From: a virus
Length of the DNA stretch: 64,000 bases
Strand: one strand, 5' to 3'
Virus record (IMG/VR): IMGVR_UViG_3300047552_001072
Location: 1 to 64,000 of that record
Shown here: piece after piece, positions 1 through 9,874 of the stretch
Layout of the letters: each line of letters opens with the position of its first letter
Position numbering within the stretch: position 1 is the first letter of the stretch
The notes under the pieces: model-generated
Told to the model about the DNA's origin: nothing
What the model saw: only the letters and a program-made list of their open reading frames with translations
The model's database searches: none
Program-made: the position numbers and the translations under genes

Positions 1-2
1 CT

Positions 3-749
3 GTAGGTACTTACGAAGCTGTTACTAATGCTCAACAATCTATTGTACAATCATCTCATATTACAGAAGCTTATTTTTATAAGCATAATAAGTTATGGGA
101 AAATGTACTTAACTCATTAGTAGAGTGTGCACAAGAAGCATGGAAAAACTCTAGAGTTACTAAACAGTTTGTATTAGATGATTTAAGTAGACATGTACTA
201 GACTTTAATGGTTCTGAATTAAAGAATTCTGATTTTGCAATATTTGTAAGCGATAATGTTAATGACACTGAGCTATTAAATACTCTTAAACAAATGGCAT
301 TACCTATCCTTCAAAATCAAGGTAAGATTACTGATATCGTTAAGATCTACAAGTCATTATCATCTTCAGAACTTGAAAGAGAGTTTATGCAAGAAGAGAA
401 AGATAGAGAACGTAAAGAACAACAAGCTCTACAAGCTCAGCAACAAGCACAACAACAACAAATCCAAGCTCAAGCAGAAGCTGTAGATAAACAGATGAAG
501 CATGAATGGGATATGCAAACTCGTGAGTTAGAGAACGATATTTTAGGTAAAGAGATAGATGTGTTCAAATTCCAAACAGATATGGATTTGAATAATGATG
601 GTGTTCCAGATCCTCTTCAAATTGAAAAGTTAAAAGCTGATAGAGAATTTAAAACTAAAAAGCTTGAACAAGAGATGAAGCAACATAAAGATAAAATGGA
701 GCTTGAAAATAAGAAATTAAAACAAAAACCTAAAACTACTAAAAAATAA
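3..749 (+). CDS. Portal protein, C-terminal part (5'-truncated by window edge)
   Basis: The frame is open from position 3 (VGTYEAVTNAQQSIVQSSHITEAYFYKH...) through the listed 294..749 ORF. The QSSHITE motif, Q-rich coiled coil and DLNNDGVPD tail are typical of crAss-like portals. It lies directly upstream of scaffold and MCP. Confidence 0.85.
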   Translation, partial: VGTYEAVTNAQQSIVQSSHITEAYFYKHNKLWENVLNSLVECAQEAWKNSRVTKQFVLDDLSRHVLDFNGSELKNSDFAIFVSDNVNDTELLNTLKQMALPILQNQGKITDIVKIYKSLSSSELEREFMQEEKDRERKEQQALQAQQQAQQQQIQAQAEAVDKQMKHEWDMQTRELENDILGKEIDVFKFQTDMDLNNDGVPDPLQIEKLKADREFKTKKLEQEMKQHKDKMELENKKLKQKPKTTKK

Positions 750-808
750 GCTATAATTTTAGCTTTAATTAAAATTGAATAAGTTTCACAATTATAAAAA
801 TAACGTAA

Positions 809-818
809 TAAATTTGCA
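809..818 (+). promoter_or_regulatory. Bacteroidota sigma-A type -7 element TAnnTTTG (TAAATTTGCA)
   Basis: Exact TAnnTTTG match at 809-816 in the intergenic gap, 8 nt before the ATG at 825. No clean -33 TTTG seen. Confidence 0.5.
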
Positions 819-824
819 GCGAAA

Positions 825-1928
825 ATGGAATACACACCAAGTTTAGAAGATTTTCTACAATGGGAAGACAACGATGATACTGTTGTTGTAGAAGGAGCAG
901 ACCCTACTATTGAAGAAAATAATGAAGATGTAACCGAAGAGGCTACAGAGACAGAAGATACTGTACAAGAAGAAAGTACTACAACTACAGAGGAAAATAC
1001 TACTGAAGAGCAACCTAGTACTGAAGAGAGTGAAGGAGAAGAGCCTTCACAGATAAGTATGGTATTTGATGTAATGAGTAAATCAGGAATTCTCAATTTA
1101 CCTGATGATTTTAAGTTTGATGGCTCTGTAGAAAAATTAGCAGAAGCATTAGAACTTACTGAGCAAAATATGCAAATAAAAGTAGCTCAGAATTTATGGG
1201 AAAGATTACCAGAAAATTTTAGAACTCTATTAGAGTATGGATTATCTGGTGGTACAGACATTAATAGTTTTAAGGAAGTAGTAAATAATCAAGTAGATCT
1301 TAGCAAAGTTAATCTAGAAAAAGAAGAAGATCAAAGAGCTATTGTTGAGGCATACTTAAAGAAAACTACCAAACTAACTCAAGATAAAATTAATAAAAGA
1401 GTAAGGGTTTTATACGAATCTGATCTATTGGAAGATGAAGCATCTGAGAATCTAAAAGAACTTCAAGCTATTCAAGAAGAAGAAAAGAAAAACCTAGTTC
1501 AACAAGAGTTAGAAAGAAAGAAACTAGAACAAGAAGAAATAGAGAGAGCCTATACTGTTTTTTCTGATGTTACATCTAAGTTAGATGTTAATGAAGAAAG
1601 GAAAAAACAAATTATGAAAGCTGTATGGGAAACCTCTAACAAATACGATGGTAAAAATAAAATATCATACGTAGAACATATAGACGAACAAATAAGAAAC
1701 AATCCAGAACATTTTGCACAATTAGTAAACATTTATTTAGATTACGATCCTAAAGTAGGATTTAAGAATGTAGGTAAAGGTAATAAGAGTGCTGCTACAG
1801 CTGCAGCTAAAAATTTAAGAGACACACTTCAAGATCTATTAAATGGTAACAAAGTAGTACAAGCTGTTAGTAATCCTACCAAAGGTAGTTCAGGGTTCGA
1901 TTTTGAACAATTTATTAAATATAGTTAA
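825..1928 (+). CDS. Putative capsid scaffolding/assembly protein
   Basis: Very acidic, E/T-rich disordered N-terminus followed by a helical/coiled-coil body. Conserved position between portal and MCP in crAss-like phages. Confidence 0.65.
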   Translation: MEYTPSLEDFLQWEDNDDTVVVEGADPTIEENNEDVTEEATETEDTVQEESTTTTEENTTEEQPSTEESEGEEPSQISMVFDVMSKSGILNLPDDFKFDGSVEKLAEALELTEQNMQIKVAQNLWERLPENFRTLLEYGLSGGTDINSFKEVVNNQVDLSKVNLEKEEDQRAIVEAYLKKTTKLTQDKINKRVRVLYESDLLEDEASENLKELQAIQEEEKKNLVQQELERKKLEQEEIERAYTVFSDVTSKLDVNEERKKQIMKAVWETSNKYDGKNKISYVEHIDEQIRNNPEHFAQLVNIYLDYDPKVGFKNVGKGNKSAATAAAKNLRDTLQDLLNGNKVVQAVSNPTKGSSGFDFEQFIKYS

Positions 1929-1944
1929 TCAATTAATTTAAATT

Positions 1945-3414
1945 ATGGCAACAGCTAGAAGTCAATTTAAAATTCAACAATGGGAAGGATTTGGCGGTAA
2001 CTTTGTCGATTCTCAATACTTAGGCGCCTCTTATGATACAGGCAAACCTTATGTTTTCGAGAACACTTTGACAAAGATTTTTACAAGCTCAGATCGCTTT
2101 ACAGGTAAACCCTTTATGGGTATGACTGCTGCTAAAGGTAACGTGAAAGAAATCGATAATGAAGTATATCGTTGGTACCTACAAGGAGCAGAATACAAAT
2201 GTGCTAGAGTACTAGAGAACTTGGAATCATCAAATACAACTCCAGGTATCAATAGAACCACATTTAGACTAAAATTAGATTTGGACTATTTTATGGCTCC
2301 AGACGTATTGATGGGTGAAGATCCTGATTATGCTTTGGAAATCCTTGAAGGACCAATCGAAGATGGTATTGGGTATATCTATACAGTACGTCTTCAAACA
2401 GATGACAACACTAAATTCTTTGATCCTGCTTTGTTAGAAGTTGGTAAAGAATTCTCTAAAGTTTGGACAACTGTAGCATCTGAGTATAATGATGAATTCG
2501 GTACTCAACAATACAACTCAAGCTTTATGCTTGAATCTCAAATTTCTGCTTTTGCACAAAAATTTGAGTTAACTGATAAAGCATTACGTCAACAAGGTCG
2601 TATCTCTATCGATTTTGGTTATACCAATCCAATGACAGGTAAATTTAGTAAAGTAACTAAATTCTTGCCTATGGCTGAAGCTAAAATGCATGACGAATTG
2701 TTCATGGGTATGGAAGCTCAAGCTTGGTATGGAGAAAGATCTACAAGTGAATCTAATGTAAATCGTTACTGGAAAAAAACAGGTCCTGGTGTACGTCAAA
2801 TCATGCGTGATGGTCATACAGAAACTTATTCTGGTGGTTTGAGTGAGCAAATGATTATTGATTACTTGATGGACATTTTCTTTTCTAGAGTAGCTGAAGA
2901 AAACCGTAAAACAGTAGCCATCACAGGTACTGGGGGTTCAATCTCTTTCCATGAAATGTTGGCATCTAGTGCTCGTGCATTCTTGCAACAAGATACTTTG
3001 TGGACTGCAGAATTGTCTAAAAATCCACGTCATTTGTCTTTCGGTGCTCAATTTACACACTATCAAGGTCCAGAAGGAATTGAACTTTCACTAGTTAAAA
3101 ATCCTTTGTACGATTCTGCTCGTTACTGTAAACGTATGCACCCAGACTATAGCTCTCGTCCAATTGATTCATGGAGAATGACTTTCATGGATTTCGGTTC
3201 TACTGAAGGTGAGGCTAATGTACAAATGCTTAAAGAAAAAGATACTTATCGTTATGGTTACCAACCAGGTACTGTAGGTCCAATGGGTCCAGTAAAAGGA
3301 GGTGCAGTTAGCTCTTTGAAAGCTGCTTGTACTTGGTTTACTGAAGGTACTATGGGTGTATGGATGAAAGATCCAACCAAAGGTGGTGAGTTGATCTTAG
3401 ATTTCGAAGTATAA
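1945..3414 (+). CDS. Major capsid protein (crAss-like, HK97 fold)
   Basis: 489 aa with segments typical of crAss-like MCPs (YRWYLQG, YIYTVRLQ, TGPGVRQ, TGTGG..FH, FGAQFTHY, NPLYD, GVWMKDPT). Codon bias suggests high expression (cgt, ttg, ttc). Synteny agrees. Confidence 0.9.
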   Translation: MATARSQFKIQQWEGFGGNFVDSQYLGASYDTGKPYVFENTLTKIFTSSDRFTGKPFMGMTAAKGNVKEIDNEVYRWYLQGAEYKCARVLENLESSNTTPGINRTTFRLKLDLDYFMAPDVLMGEDPDYALEILEGPIEDGIGYIYTVRLQTDDNTKFFDPALLEVGKEFSKVWTTVASEYNDEFGTQQYNSSFMLESQISAFAQKFELTDKALRQQGRISIDFGYTNPMTGKFSKVTKFLPMAEAKMHDELFMGMEAQAWYGERSTSESNVNRYWKKTGPGVRQIMRDGHTETYSGGLSEQMIIDYLMDIFFSRVAEENRKTVAITGTGGSISFHEMLASSARAFLQQDTLWTAELSKNPRHLSFGAQFTHYQGPEGIELSLVKNPLYDSARYCKRMHPDYSSRPIDSWRMTFMDFGSTEGEANVQMLKEKDTYRYGYQPGTVGPMGPVKGGAVSSLKAACTWFTEGTMGVWMKDPTKGGELILDFEV

Positions 3415-3432
3415 TAATTTTTTTTTAAAATA

Positions 3433-3485
3433 TAGTAGTTAAGCTACTAGAAGATCGGAGGGTTACTTATAGGCCCTCCGACTTC
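3433..3485 (+). promoter_or_regulatory. Tandem stem-loops immediately 3' of MCP (stabilizer/attenuator)
   Basis: TAGTAG-TTAAG-CTACTA (3433-3449), then TCGGAGGG...CCCTCCGA extended by GAAG/CTTC (3450-3485). No U-tract after the second stem. Confidence 0.55.
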
Positions 3486-3504
3486 ATAAACAAAATGAAG
3501 TAAA

Positions 3505-4473
3505 ATGGGAACATTAGTTGTAGTTAAATCTATACCTAGAACTACAGTAAGTATGGTTTCTGAATTTAGAAACTTAGGCAAAGCTGGAGTAAAAGGTAAG
3601 AAATTAAACAAAAATAAGATTTTTGATCATTGTAAAGATGGTAGACGTGCTTTATTCTCTATGAGTATTGGTGGTTTAAAAACAGGTCTTTACAAAGAAC
3701 ATCATAGAAAAGAAGATGGTACAATAGTTACTATACAAGAATGGGCAGAAAATAATTGGGCGTTGCCTAAAAACTTTTTGACTAACAAACCTTTTAGAAA
3801 AGGTGATTCTGCTAAACATGATGATATGACATATTATCAAAAGAAAGTATGGTATTTTAATGATGGTACTACTATTTTAGATCTAGATAATTTAGATGAT
3901 TTTTGTTGTTATCATATGATGTTAGAAAGTAAATACTTTGCTAACTCAGAAAAAGAATGGAAACAACATAAATGGCCAAAAGCAGAATTTTATATTTCTC
4001 TTGAGAATGAATCTGAAGAAATTAAATATAAAAAGAATAGAGATAAAACTAAAGCTTTTGCTAAATTAGAGGAGAATGATTTTACTCTTCCATGGAAACG
4101 CAAGTTTGTAGTATTGTTAGGATTGGCTACACCAAGAATAACACTTACTGAAGAGCAGATTCAAAACTCTTTATATGATTTTATTGATCAGAATCAGACA
4201 AGAACTGGCAAGCCTAAATCAGATGTACTACGCTTCTTAGATTTATATGAAAAAATGAGCACTGCTGATGGTAGAGAAAGAATTGAAAAACAATATCTAT
4301 TAGAAGAGTTGGTTGATTATAACATTGTATCTGAAAAGGCATCTACATATAAGAGAATTTCTAAAGGAACAGAGATAGGTTATTCTTATGAGGAAGCAGT
4401 TGATTTCTTGTTACATCCTAAAAAACAAGCTCAGGTAGATGAGATGTTAGCTGAATTAAAACTAAAAAAATAA
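3505..4473 (+). CDS. Conserved crAss-like protein downstream of MCP (function unknown)
   Basis: 322-aa ORF at the conserved post-MCP position, with a GTTILDLDNLDD...Y motif and Lys-rich helical content. Confidence 0.6.
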   Translation: MGTLVVVKSIPRTTVSMVSEFRNLGKAGVKGKKLNKNKIFDHCKDGRRALFSMSIGGLKTGLYKEHHRKEDGTIVTIQEWAENNWALPKNFLTNKPFRKGDSAKHDDMTYYQKKVWYFNDGTTILDLDNLDDFCCYHMMLESKYFANSEKEWKQHKWPKAEFYISLENESEEIKYKKNRDKTKAFAKLEENDFTLPWKRKFVVLLGLATPRITLTEEQIQNSLYDFIDQNQTRTGKPKSDVLRFLDLYEKMSTADGRERIEKQYLLEELVDYNIVSEKASTYKRISKGTEIGYSYEEAVDFLLHPKKQAQVDEMLAELKLKK

Positions 4474-4482
4474 TAATAAACC

Positions 4483-5289
4483 ATGTTACCTACAATCCAA
4501 GAAATGCATTTTGATTTTGATATCAAAGCAGACAAAGTTGATTCTTTGCAGAAGAGATCATTTAATACAGCACAAAAAGATTGGTTATTAAATGAGGCTC
4601 AGTGGGTTTGGTTAAAAAATAATTATGGTATTACTCAAATAAATAGAGGTGCTTTCGAGGTTACAGAACATAGGATACAAGATTTAAAAAATTTACATAT
4701 TAAATCTCCTAGTCCACAACCAGGTATTGCTACTACAGTACTTAGTACCTCTGTATATGAAGTACCCTTGAACCTATTAGACTATGAATTTTTATTCACA
4801 ACAAGAATAAGAGCTCTAATAACCAAAGGAAATTGTAGTAAAGAAGTACCTGTTTCTCAAGTTCAAACAGATGACTTGAATGATGCTTTAACTGATCCAT
4901 TTAACAGACCTAATTTTATTACAGGAGATGTATTATGTGTGTTTGGTAAATCAACTACTAATACAGCAACTGATTTAAATCCACAAGGTACTGGGTCATT
5001 ATTTCTTTATACTGATGGTACTTTTACAGTAGATACTGTTTATATTGAATACATTAAATATCCAAATCGTATGTGGTTTGGTAATTACGATATTACTAGT
5101 GACTTACGTCCAAAAACAATTAGCAATAGTTATGTGTATCAGGCAGGTGTAGATCCTCCAGTGAATTGTGAATTAAATTCGCATGTTCATAATGAGATCG
5201 TAGATTTGGCTGTTCATATTGCTTCACAACTTATTGAGGATCCTAATTTAATAGGACAAAAATTTCAAAAATATATACAAAATAAATAA
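4483..5289 (+). CDS. Tail ring/connector protein (crAss-like)
   Basis: N-terminal EMH.DF...DK.DS....F...KD.LLNEAQ and C-terminal Y.KYP...CEL..H.H.EIVDLAV pattern typical of crAss-like ring proteins. Synteny agrees. Confidence 0.75.
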   Translation: MLPTIQEMHFDFDIKADKVDSLQKRSFNTAQKDWLLNEAQWVWLKNNYGITQINRGAFEVTEHRIQDLKNLHIKSPSPQPGIATTVLSTSVYEVPLNLLDYEFLFTTRIRALITKGNCSKEVPVSQVQTDDLNDALTDPFNRPNFITGDVLCVFGKSTTNTATDLNPQGTGSLFLYTDGTFTVDTVYIEYIKYPNRMWFGNYDITSDLRPKTISNSYVYQAGVDPPVNCELNSHVHNEIVDLAVHIASQLIEDPNLIGQKFQKYIQNK

Positions 5290-5294
5290 CAATT

Positions 5295-6722
5295 ATGGCA
5301 GCTTTTGGAAACGTTAAACGTGCTGTAGAAAGCATTTTAGTAGCTAGTGGTGATTACGCTCTAGTAAACGAAACAGCTAATGGCGCTGCACTTCCTGGTG
5401 GAGGTACTCGCGCTGGTGCTACTGCAGATATTCCTTTGTCAAGTACCGTCAATACAGGTCATATTAACCTTTATGAAGGTCAACTTGGTATCTTTGCCGC
5501 AGGCCCTGCTGGTGCTCGCAACCCAAATGTAGCTCTATTAAGCACAGATACATTTAATACTGCACCTGCAATTTATATTGCACAAGGTACTGCAAATGCA
5601 CAAAATCCTGCTAGAGGAAACTATCCTTTGGTAGATAATCGTCCATACGAAACAAGTGGTATTATTTATGGTCACAACCCTGTTATCTTAACTGGTAAAG
5701 GTGCTGCATACCATGCTTATTCTATTTGGTCTATTGGACAACCTTCTGGTGGTGTAGGTAGCATCACTCCATTTGAATTGACTGAATTTGCTATTCATAT
5801 GGGATTCCGTGGTTATGCACTTGATGTTGAAAATAGTCAACATTCAGTATTAGCTACTACATATAGATATACAACTCCAGATTATACTGCTATTGCATTG
5901 ACAGATGATTTGGATCACTTTGTACAAAACTATGTGAGTCAAATTAATAAAAACTCACGTGCATTCCGTTCATATACTGCTAGTTATGGTGGTAACGATC
6001 CTTTGATTGCACTTGCAGTAGGTTTAGTTGCTAATGGTGCTCAAAACATCGATGCAGCTGGTTTTGATAATGGTGGTGTAATTAATGTACAAACACGTAA
6101 TGGTATTCAAATTACATATACTCTTAGCGCTGAACAAGTAGCTTCTTTGAGGGCAGCTCTTCCAGCTAACTATGGTATTTTGAATGTAGATCTTACTACT
6201 GCTGGTGGTTCAGCAGATGCTGAATGGTTCCTTGTAATGGCATTGGATCGTGATTTGGCGTACGATGACAGAGTACCTCAAGTAAAAATTAGATTGAGCC
6301 CAGGTTTGTTGAGAGGCTTTGACTCTACTGTAGCTTTAACTGAATTAGTTAGTGCGTACGAGGGTGAGGGTGTAGCTCGCATGTGGCAGATCTATTACAC
6401 TAATACTCATGGACAACGTAAATACTACCAATTCCAACGTCAACATTACCCATTTATTGAAGTTCCTTCAAGTATCGATCCTGATGCTTACTATAATGCT
6501 ATTATTCTAGAGCACAGAAACAATGTACAAATTAGCCCAGCTGAATTGGTTGTTTCTCCTAAGAAAACAATTATCTTAGTTCCTGCTTGTGATGATACCA
6601 CAATGACTTCAATTTTAACGTACTTGAATACTTGGGTACTTTCTACTCCACAACACTTTGTTGTAGGAGCCGTAAACTCTTCAGGAGAGCTTACAATTGC
6701 GACACCTTCTTTGTGTTCTTAA
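5295..6722 (+). CDS. Auxiliary capsid (decoration) protein
   Basis: 475 aa, Ala/Gly-rich, with MCP-like high-expression codon usage. Followed by a strong terminator. C-terminal YEGEG...Y..IIL.H...TIILVP pattern and position match the crAss-like auxiliary capsid gene. Confidence 0.6.
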   Translation: MAAFGNVKRAVESILVASGDYALVNETANGAALPGGGTRAGATADIPLSSTVNTGHINLYEGQLGIFAAGPAGARNPNVALLSTDTFNTAPAIYIAQGTANAQNPARGNYPLVDNRPYETSGIIYGHNPVILTGKGAAYHAYSIWSIGQPSGGVGSITPFELTEFAIHMGFRGYALDVENSQHSVLATTYRYTTPDYTAIALTDDLDHFVQNYVSQINKNSRAFRSYTASYGGNDPLIALAVGLVANGAQNIDAAGFDNGGVINVQTRNGIQITYTLSAEQVASLRAALPANYGILNVDLTTAGGSADAEWFLVMALDRDLAYDDRVPQVKIRLSPGLLRGFDSTVALTELVSAYEGEGVARMWQIYYTNTHGQRKYYQFQRQHYPFIEVPSSIDPDAYYNAIILEHRNNVQISPAELVVSPKKTIILVPACDDTTMTSILTYLNTWVLSTPQHFVVGAVNSSGELTIATPSLCS

Positions 6723-6731
6723 TATTTCTCT

Positions 6732-6757
6732 AGGGGTAGCTAAAAACTACCCCTTTT
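6732..6757 (+). terminator. Rho-independent terminator
   Basis: AGGGGTAG-CTAAAAA-CTACCCCT followed by TTT, 10 nt after the stop at 6722. Confidence 0.75.
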
Positions 6758-6770
6758 AAACCTTTTAACA

Positions 6771-7655
6771 ATGATTCTAAGCGTAAATAATGATTGTACA
6801 GTAATAACTGTAACATCAGAAGAAGGTATAATTGCAGATATTACAGCACCAGAAACAACTGATTGTTGTACAGTCTTAGAATTAGGAACAAATTGTTGCA
6901 CACCAACCATAGAAATTCCTATATTTCACTTATATACTTTAAACTATAATGTTACAGGATGTGGTGTAAATACTTCTCTAGATCCTGATGGATACTATTT
7001 AGATATTACCTTAACAGGTATAGATGCTGGATGTGTATCTAGTTTAACTTACCCTAGTACTAATAGTGATAGTACTACTACCGAGACAAATCCTACAGAT
7101 CTTACTTTTAGATATAACTTTAATCAAATAGGCCCTTCTGGGGATTTAGATTTTGAAGTAAGCTTTACTACTTGTAATGAATTAGAATATAGTCTAGAAT
7201 TTACAGTTAGTATTGGAAACTTAAGTGATGTATGTAATACAATATCAGAAGGTTCTCCAACAGTGACATTTCCAGATTCTCCAGTAGGAGTTAGTATTAT
7301 AAATTCTACTACAATGGAATTACTTCCTGAAGCCTTTGGATTTACATCCGATACATTCCCAGATGGAATATACTATGTAGGATTAACACAAACTAATACA
7401 ACAGGTAATATTAGTGAGAGTGATACAATTTTTGTTGATTGTAATACAACATGTAGAATTATAGATGTACTAGCAAATGATCTTTGCAGTGATATATACT
7501 TGTTATGGAATGCGTTACAATACTCATTTGATTGTGATACAATTACGTATGAACAACAATGTGATCTATGGTTTGTAATAGGTAAACAATTAGGTTATTT
7601 TGTGAATACACCTTGTACTGAACCTAAAACTTCTTGTGGAACTTGTAATAAATAA
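6771..7655 (+). CDS. Cys-rich virion structural protein (putative tail hub/fibre adaptor)
   Basis: 294 aa, Thr-rich beta content, 17 Cys, FPDGIY motif, C-terminal CGTC. Lies between the auxiliary capsid and fibre genes. Confidence 0.45.
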   Translation: MILSVNNDCTVITVTSEEGIIADITAPETTDCCTVLELGTNCCTPTIEIPIFHLYTLNYNVTGCGVNTSLDPDGYYLDITLTGIDAGCVSSLTYPSTNSDSTTTETNPTDLTFRYNFNQIGPSGDLDFEVSFTTCNELEYSLEFTVSIGNLSDVCNTISEGSPTVTFPDSPVGVSIINSTTMELLPEAFGFTSDTFPDGIYYVGLTQTNTTGNISESDTIFVDCNTTCRIIDVLANDLCSDIYLLWNALQYSFDCDTITYEQQCDLWFVIGKQLGYFVNTPCTEPKTSCGTCNK

Positions 7656-7658
7656 ATT

Positions 7659-7898
7659 ATGAATGTAGATATACTAAAGTGTGAATTAGCTAGAATAATA
7701 GTGCTATACGCACAAAGGTTAGCCTACGGAATTGAATGTGACTTAGAAGCATTACTAATATTAGCAAGAAGATTAAGAAATCAGATAGCAATACTTGAAA
7801 GCAATTGTCAAGTCAATTCTCAAGTGTTAACAGAAATAAGAAAAACGATAAACAAAATTCAAAAAAATACAAGTATTAACTTTTGTTTTACTTGTTAA
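7659..7898 (+). CDS. Small structural protein (putative hub partner)
   Basis: 79-aa helical protein with a YGIEC motif, ending in CFTC. Tightly coupled to the upstream gene. Confidence 0.4.
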   Translation: MNVDILKCELARIIVLYAQRLAYGIECDLEALLILARRLRNQIAILESNCQVNSQVLTEIRKTINKIQKNTSINFCFTC

Positions 7899-7912
7899 AT
7901 ATAATATAAAAT

Positions 7913-9088
7913 ATGGCAAAAAAATATTACGTAGACGGAAAGGTATTTAAAGATGCGCCAGGTAGAAATACCTCGTTTATTGGTCAGGCTAATCCAATCT
8001 ATTTAAATGAAATAATTGAGGAAGTAGTAGGAATTACGCTTCCTGTTGTTCCTGCCACAACTACAGTACAAGGTATTGTTGAACTAGCTACTAACGCAGA
8101 AGCTATTGCTGGTGTTAGTACTACAGTAGTTATTACTCCAGCATCTTTAGCTGCTGCTATGGCAACTATAGGAGATTTGGAAAGTGTATTAACAAACGGT
8201 AATAGCACAGGAGCTAATGATATTGAAATTACATTAGGACAAACAATTAAATCTAGTGCAGGAGACGCATCATTAAACTTACATTACGGTGCTCCAAATA
8301 ACTTTATGTTAAGTAGTGATAATGCTGGAGGAGCTGAATCATATGTACAAGGTAATCCAACATACGCTTCTTTAGGTTATGGACCAGATAATGCTGTAAA
8401 TGTTAATGATTCACATGCTAGATTCTTAACTTCTATTACTACTTGTGCTTCCTATATGGATGTTGCTAGTGCAGGAGTTTATGACCTAACAGGACCTGCA
8501 GTAAATTCTACTATATTAGTTACAAGTGATAATGCTAGTAATGTGAGTAACAACTGTGGTGGAAATGTTGCAGTATTTATTAATACTGGAAACTCAGTAG
8601 ATTCACAAATTAATCAAAACGTAAATAACTCTGTTATTGTTGGTGGTGATGGTATTACTGCTAAAACAGATAATACTGCTTATGTAAATCAAGTTGGATT
8701 TAACAACAATGGAGAATCTTTTGAAGGTTTAATGTATGCTGAAACATTGACAGCAGATAGAACATATGAATTACCTAATGCTAGTGGTAATGTATGTATC
8801 TTGAGAACTGTTTTTACAGCAATTAATCATAATGCACAAGATGGAGAAGTTGTTTTAGCTACTAGTGGTGGTGCAGGTATTACAGTTACTTTACCAGACC
8901 CTACAACTAAAGATAATATGAAGATTACTGTTAAAAAAGTAGATGCTGGTGTAGGAGCTTTAAACGTTGCCTCTCCTGCAGGAACTTTTGATGGTGTTGC
9001 TTCCCCTTATGTAGGTTTGATAGGTCAGAATAATTCTGTTACTGTAGTTAGTGCTGGCGGTAATTGGTTTATTTTAGCAGCAGTGTAA
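7913..9088 (+). CDS. Fibre/spike-like structural protein
   Basis: GIVELATNAEAIAG..VVITPASL fibre motif, LESVLTNGNST repeat unit, TADRTYELPNASG, and a C-terminal ITVTLP...ITVKKVD...SVTVVS.GGNW domain common in phage fibres. Confidence 0.7.
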   Translation: MAKKYYVDGKVFKDAPGRNTSFIGQANPIYLNEIIEEVVGITLPVVPATTTVQGIVELATNAEAIAGVSTTVVITPASLAAAMATIGDLESVLTNGNSTGANDIEITLGQTIKSSAGDASLNLHYGAPNNFMLSSDNAGGAESYVQGNPTYASLGYGPDNAVNVNDSHARFLTSITTCASYMDVASAGVYDLTGPAVNSTILVTSDNASNVSNNCGGNVAVFINTGNSVDSQINQNVNNSVIVGGDGITAKTDNTAYVNQVGFNNNGESFEGLMYAETLTADRTYELPNASGNVCILRTVFTAINHNAQDGEVVLATSGGAGITVTLPDPTTKDNMKITVKKVDAGVGALNVASPAGTFDGVASPYVGLIGQNNSVTVVSAGGNWFILAAV

Positions 9089-9112
9089 TAATTTATAAAA
9101 ATACAGAGAAAT

Positions 9113-9358
9113 ATGAATACTTTTAAAAAAATACAAGAAGGAGATAAATTATACCTATGTGTTCAAACACACGATAATGTAGGTAATATTAATATAACAT
9201 ATAGATTATGTAAAGATAATGAGGAGTTTCTAAAGTTACAAAATGACTTGGTAAGTTCTATTTCTAATAAAATAAAAGAAATAGAAAATAATCTTAATCA
9301 GTTACCTATAGTATTAGAGAATCTCAAATCTGAGCTAGAATCTATCAAAAGTATTTAA
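9113..9358 (+). CDS. Hypothetical protein (C-terminal coiled coil; possible fibre chaperone)
   Basis: 81-aa ORF in the operon directly after a fibre gene. Confidence 0.45.
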   Translation: MNTFKKIQEGDKLYLCVQTHDNVGNINITYRLCKDNEEFLKLQNDLVSSISNKIKEIENNLNQLPIVLENLKSELESIKSI

Positions 9359-9360
9359 CT

Positions 9361-9861
9361 ATGACACAACCAAAGAGTGGGTTTAAATACTCTAGTGAAA
9401 AAGATAATTTAGAAATTATACGTAGATTAGTTAATGCTATTAAAGAAAGCATAACTTCTACACCTCCAGGTACTGGGGCAACATTGTCTGAACAACAAGC
9501 ACAAACAGCTTTATTACAACAAATAGAGAATAATACTGATGGATTAGAAGTTCAATTAGTATTATCTAAAGATTCTGGTGTAGTAGATGCAGATACATTA
9601 AGAGTTGTGTTAGAAGATCTTACAAGAGATAATATTTCTAATATACTAGCATATACACAGCAAATAGCTAGTCATGTTGAGTTTGGCAATTGGGAGTCTA
9701 TACCAGGAAATAGATTAGAGTATACATATATTAATGGTACTCTTAACCCTGCAGATTTACTTGTTGAAACTATATCTTATTATAAAGCAGCAAGTTTAAC
9801 TGCCATAAAAACATTTACATATAATCCAGACGATACACTTAGTAGTGTAGAAATGAACTAA
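9361..9861 (+). CDS. Hypothetical structural protein
   Basis: 166-aa ORF in the fibre region, with an N-terminal helical part and C-terminal beta strands. Confidence 0.5.
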   Translation: MTQPKSGFKYSSEKDNLEIIRRLVNAIKESITSTPPGTGATLSEQQAQTALLQQIENNTDGLEVQLVLSKDSGVVDADTLRVVLEDLTRDNISNILAYTQQIASHVEFGNWESIPGNRLEYTYINGTLNPADLLVETISYYKAASLTAIKTFTYNPDDTLSSVEMN

Positions 9862-9874
9862 AACTTAATCAAAA

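Noticed and set aside
410-480. CAA-rich repeats in portal (and GAA/ACT-rich runs at 900-1045) as tandem repeats or CRISPR
   Set aside because: They are in-frame low-complexity Gln- or Glu/Thr-coding sequence with no repeat-spacer structure.
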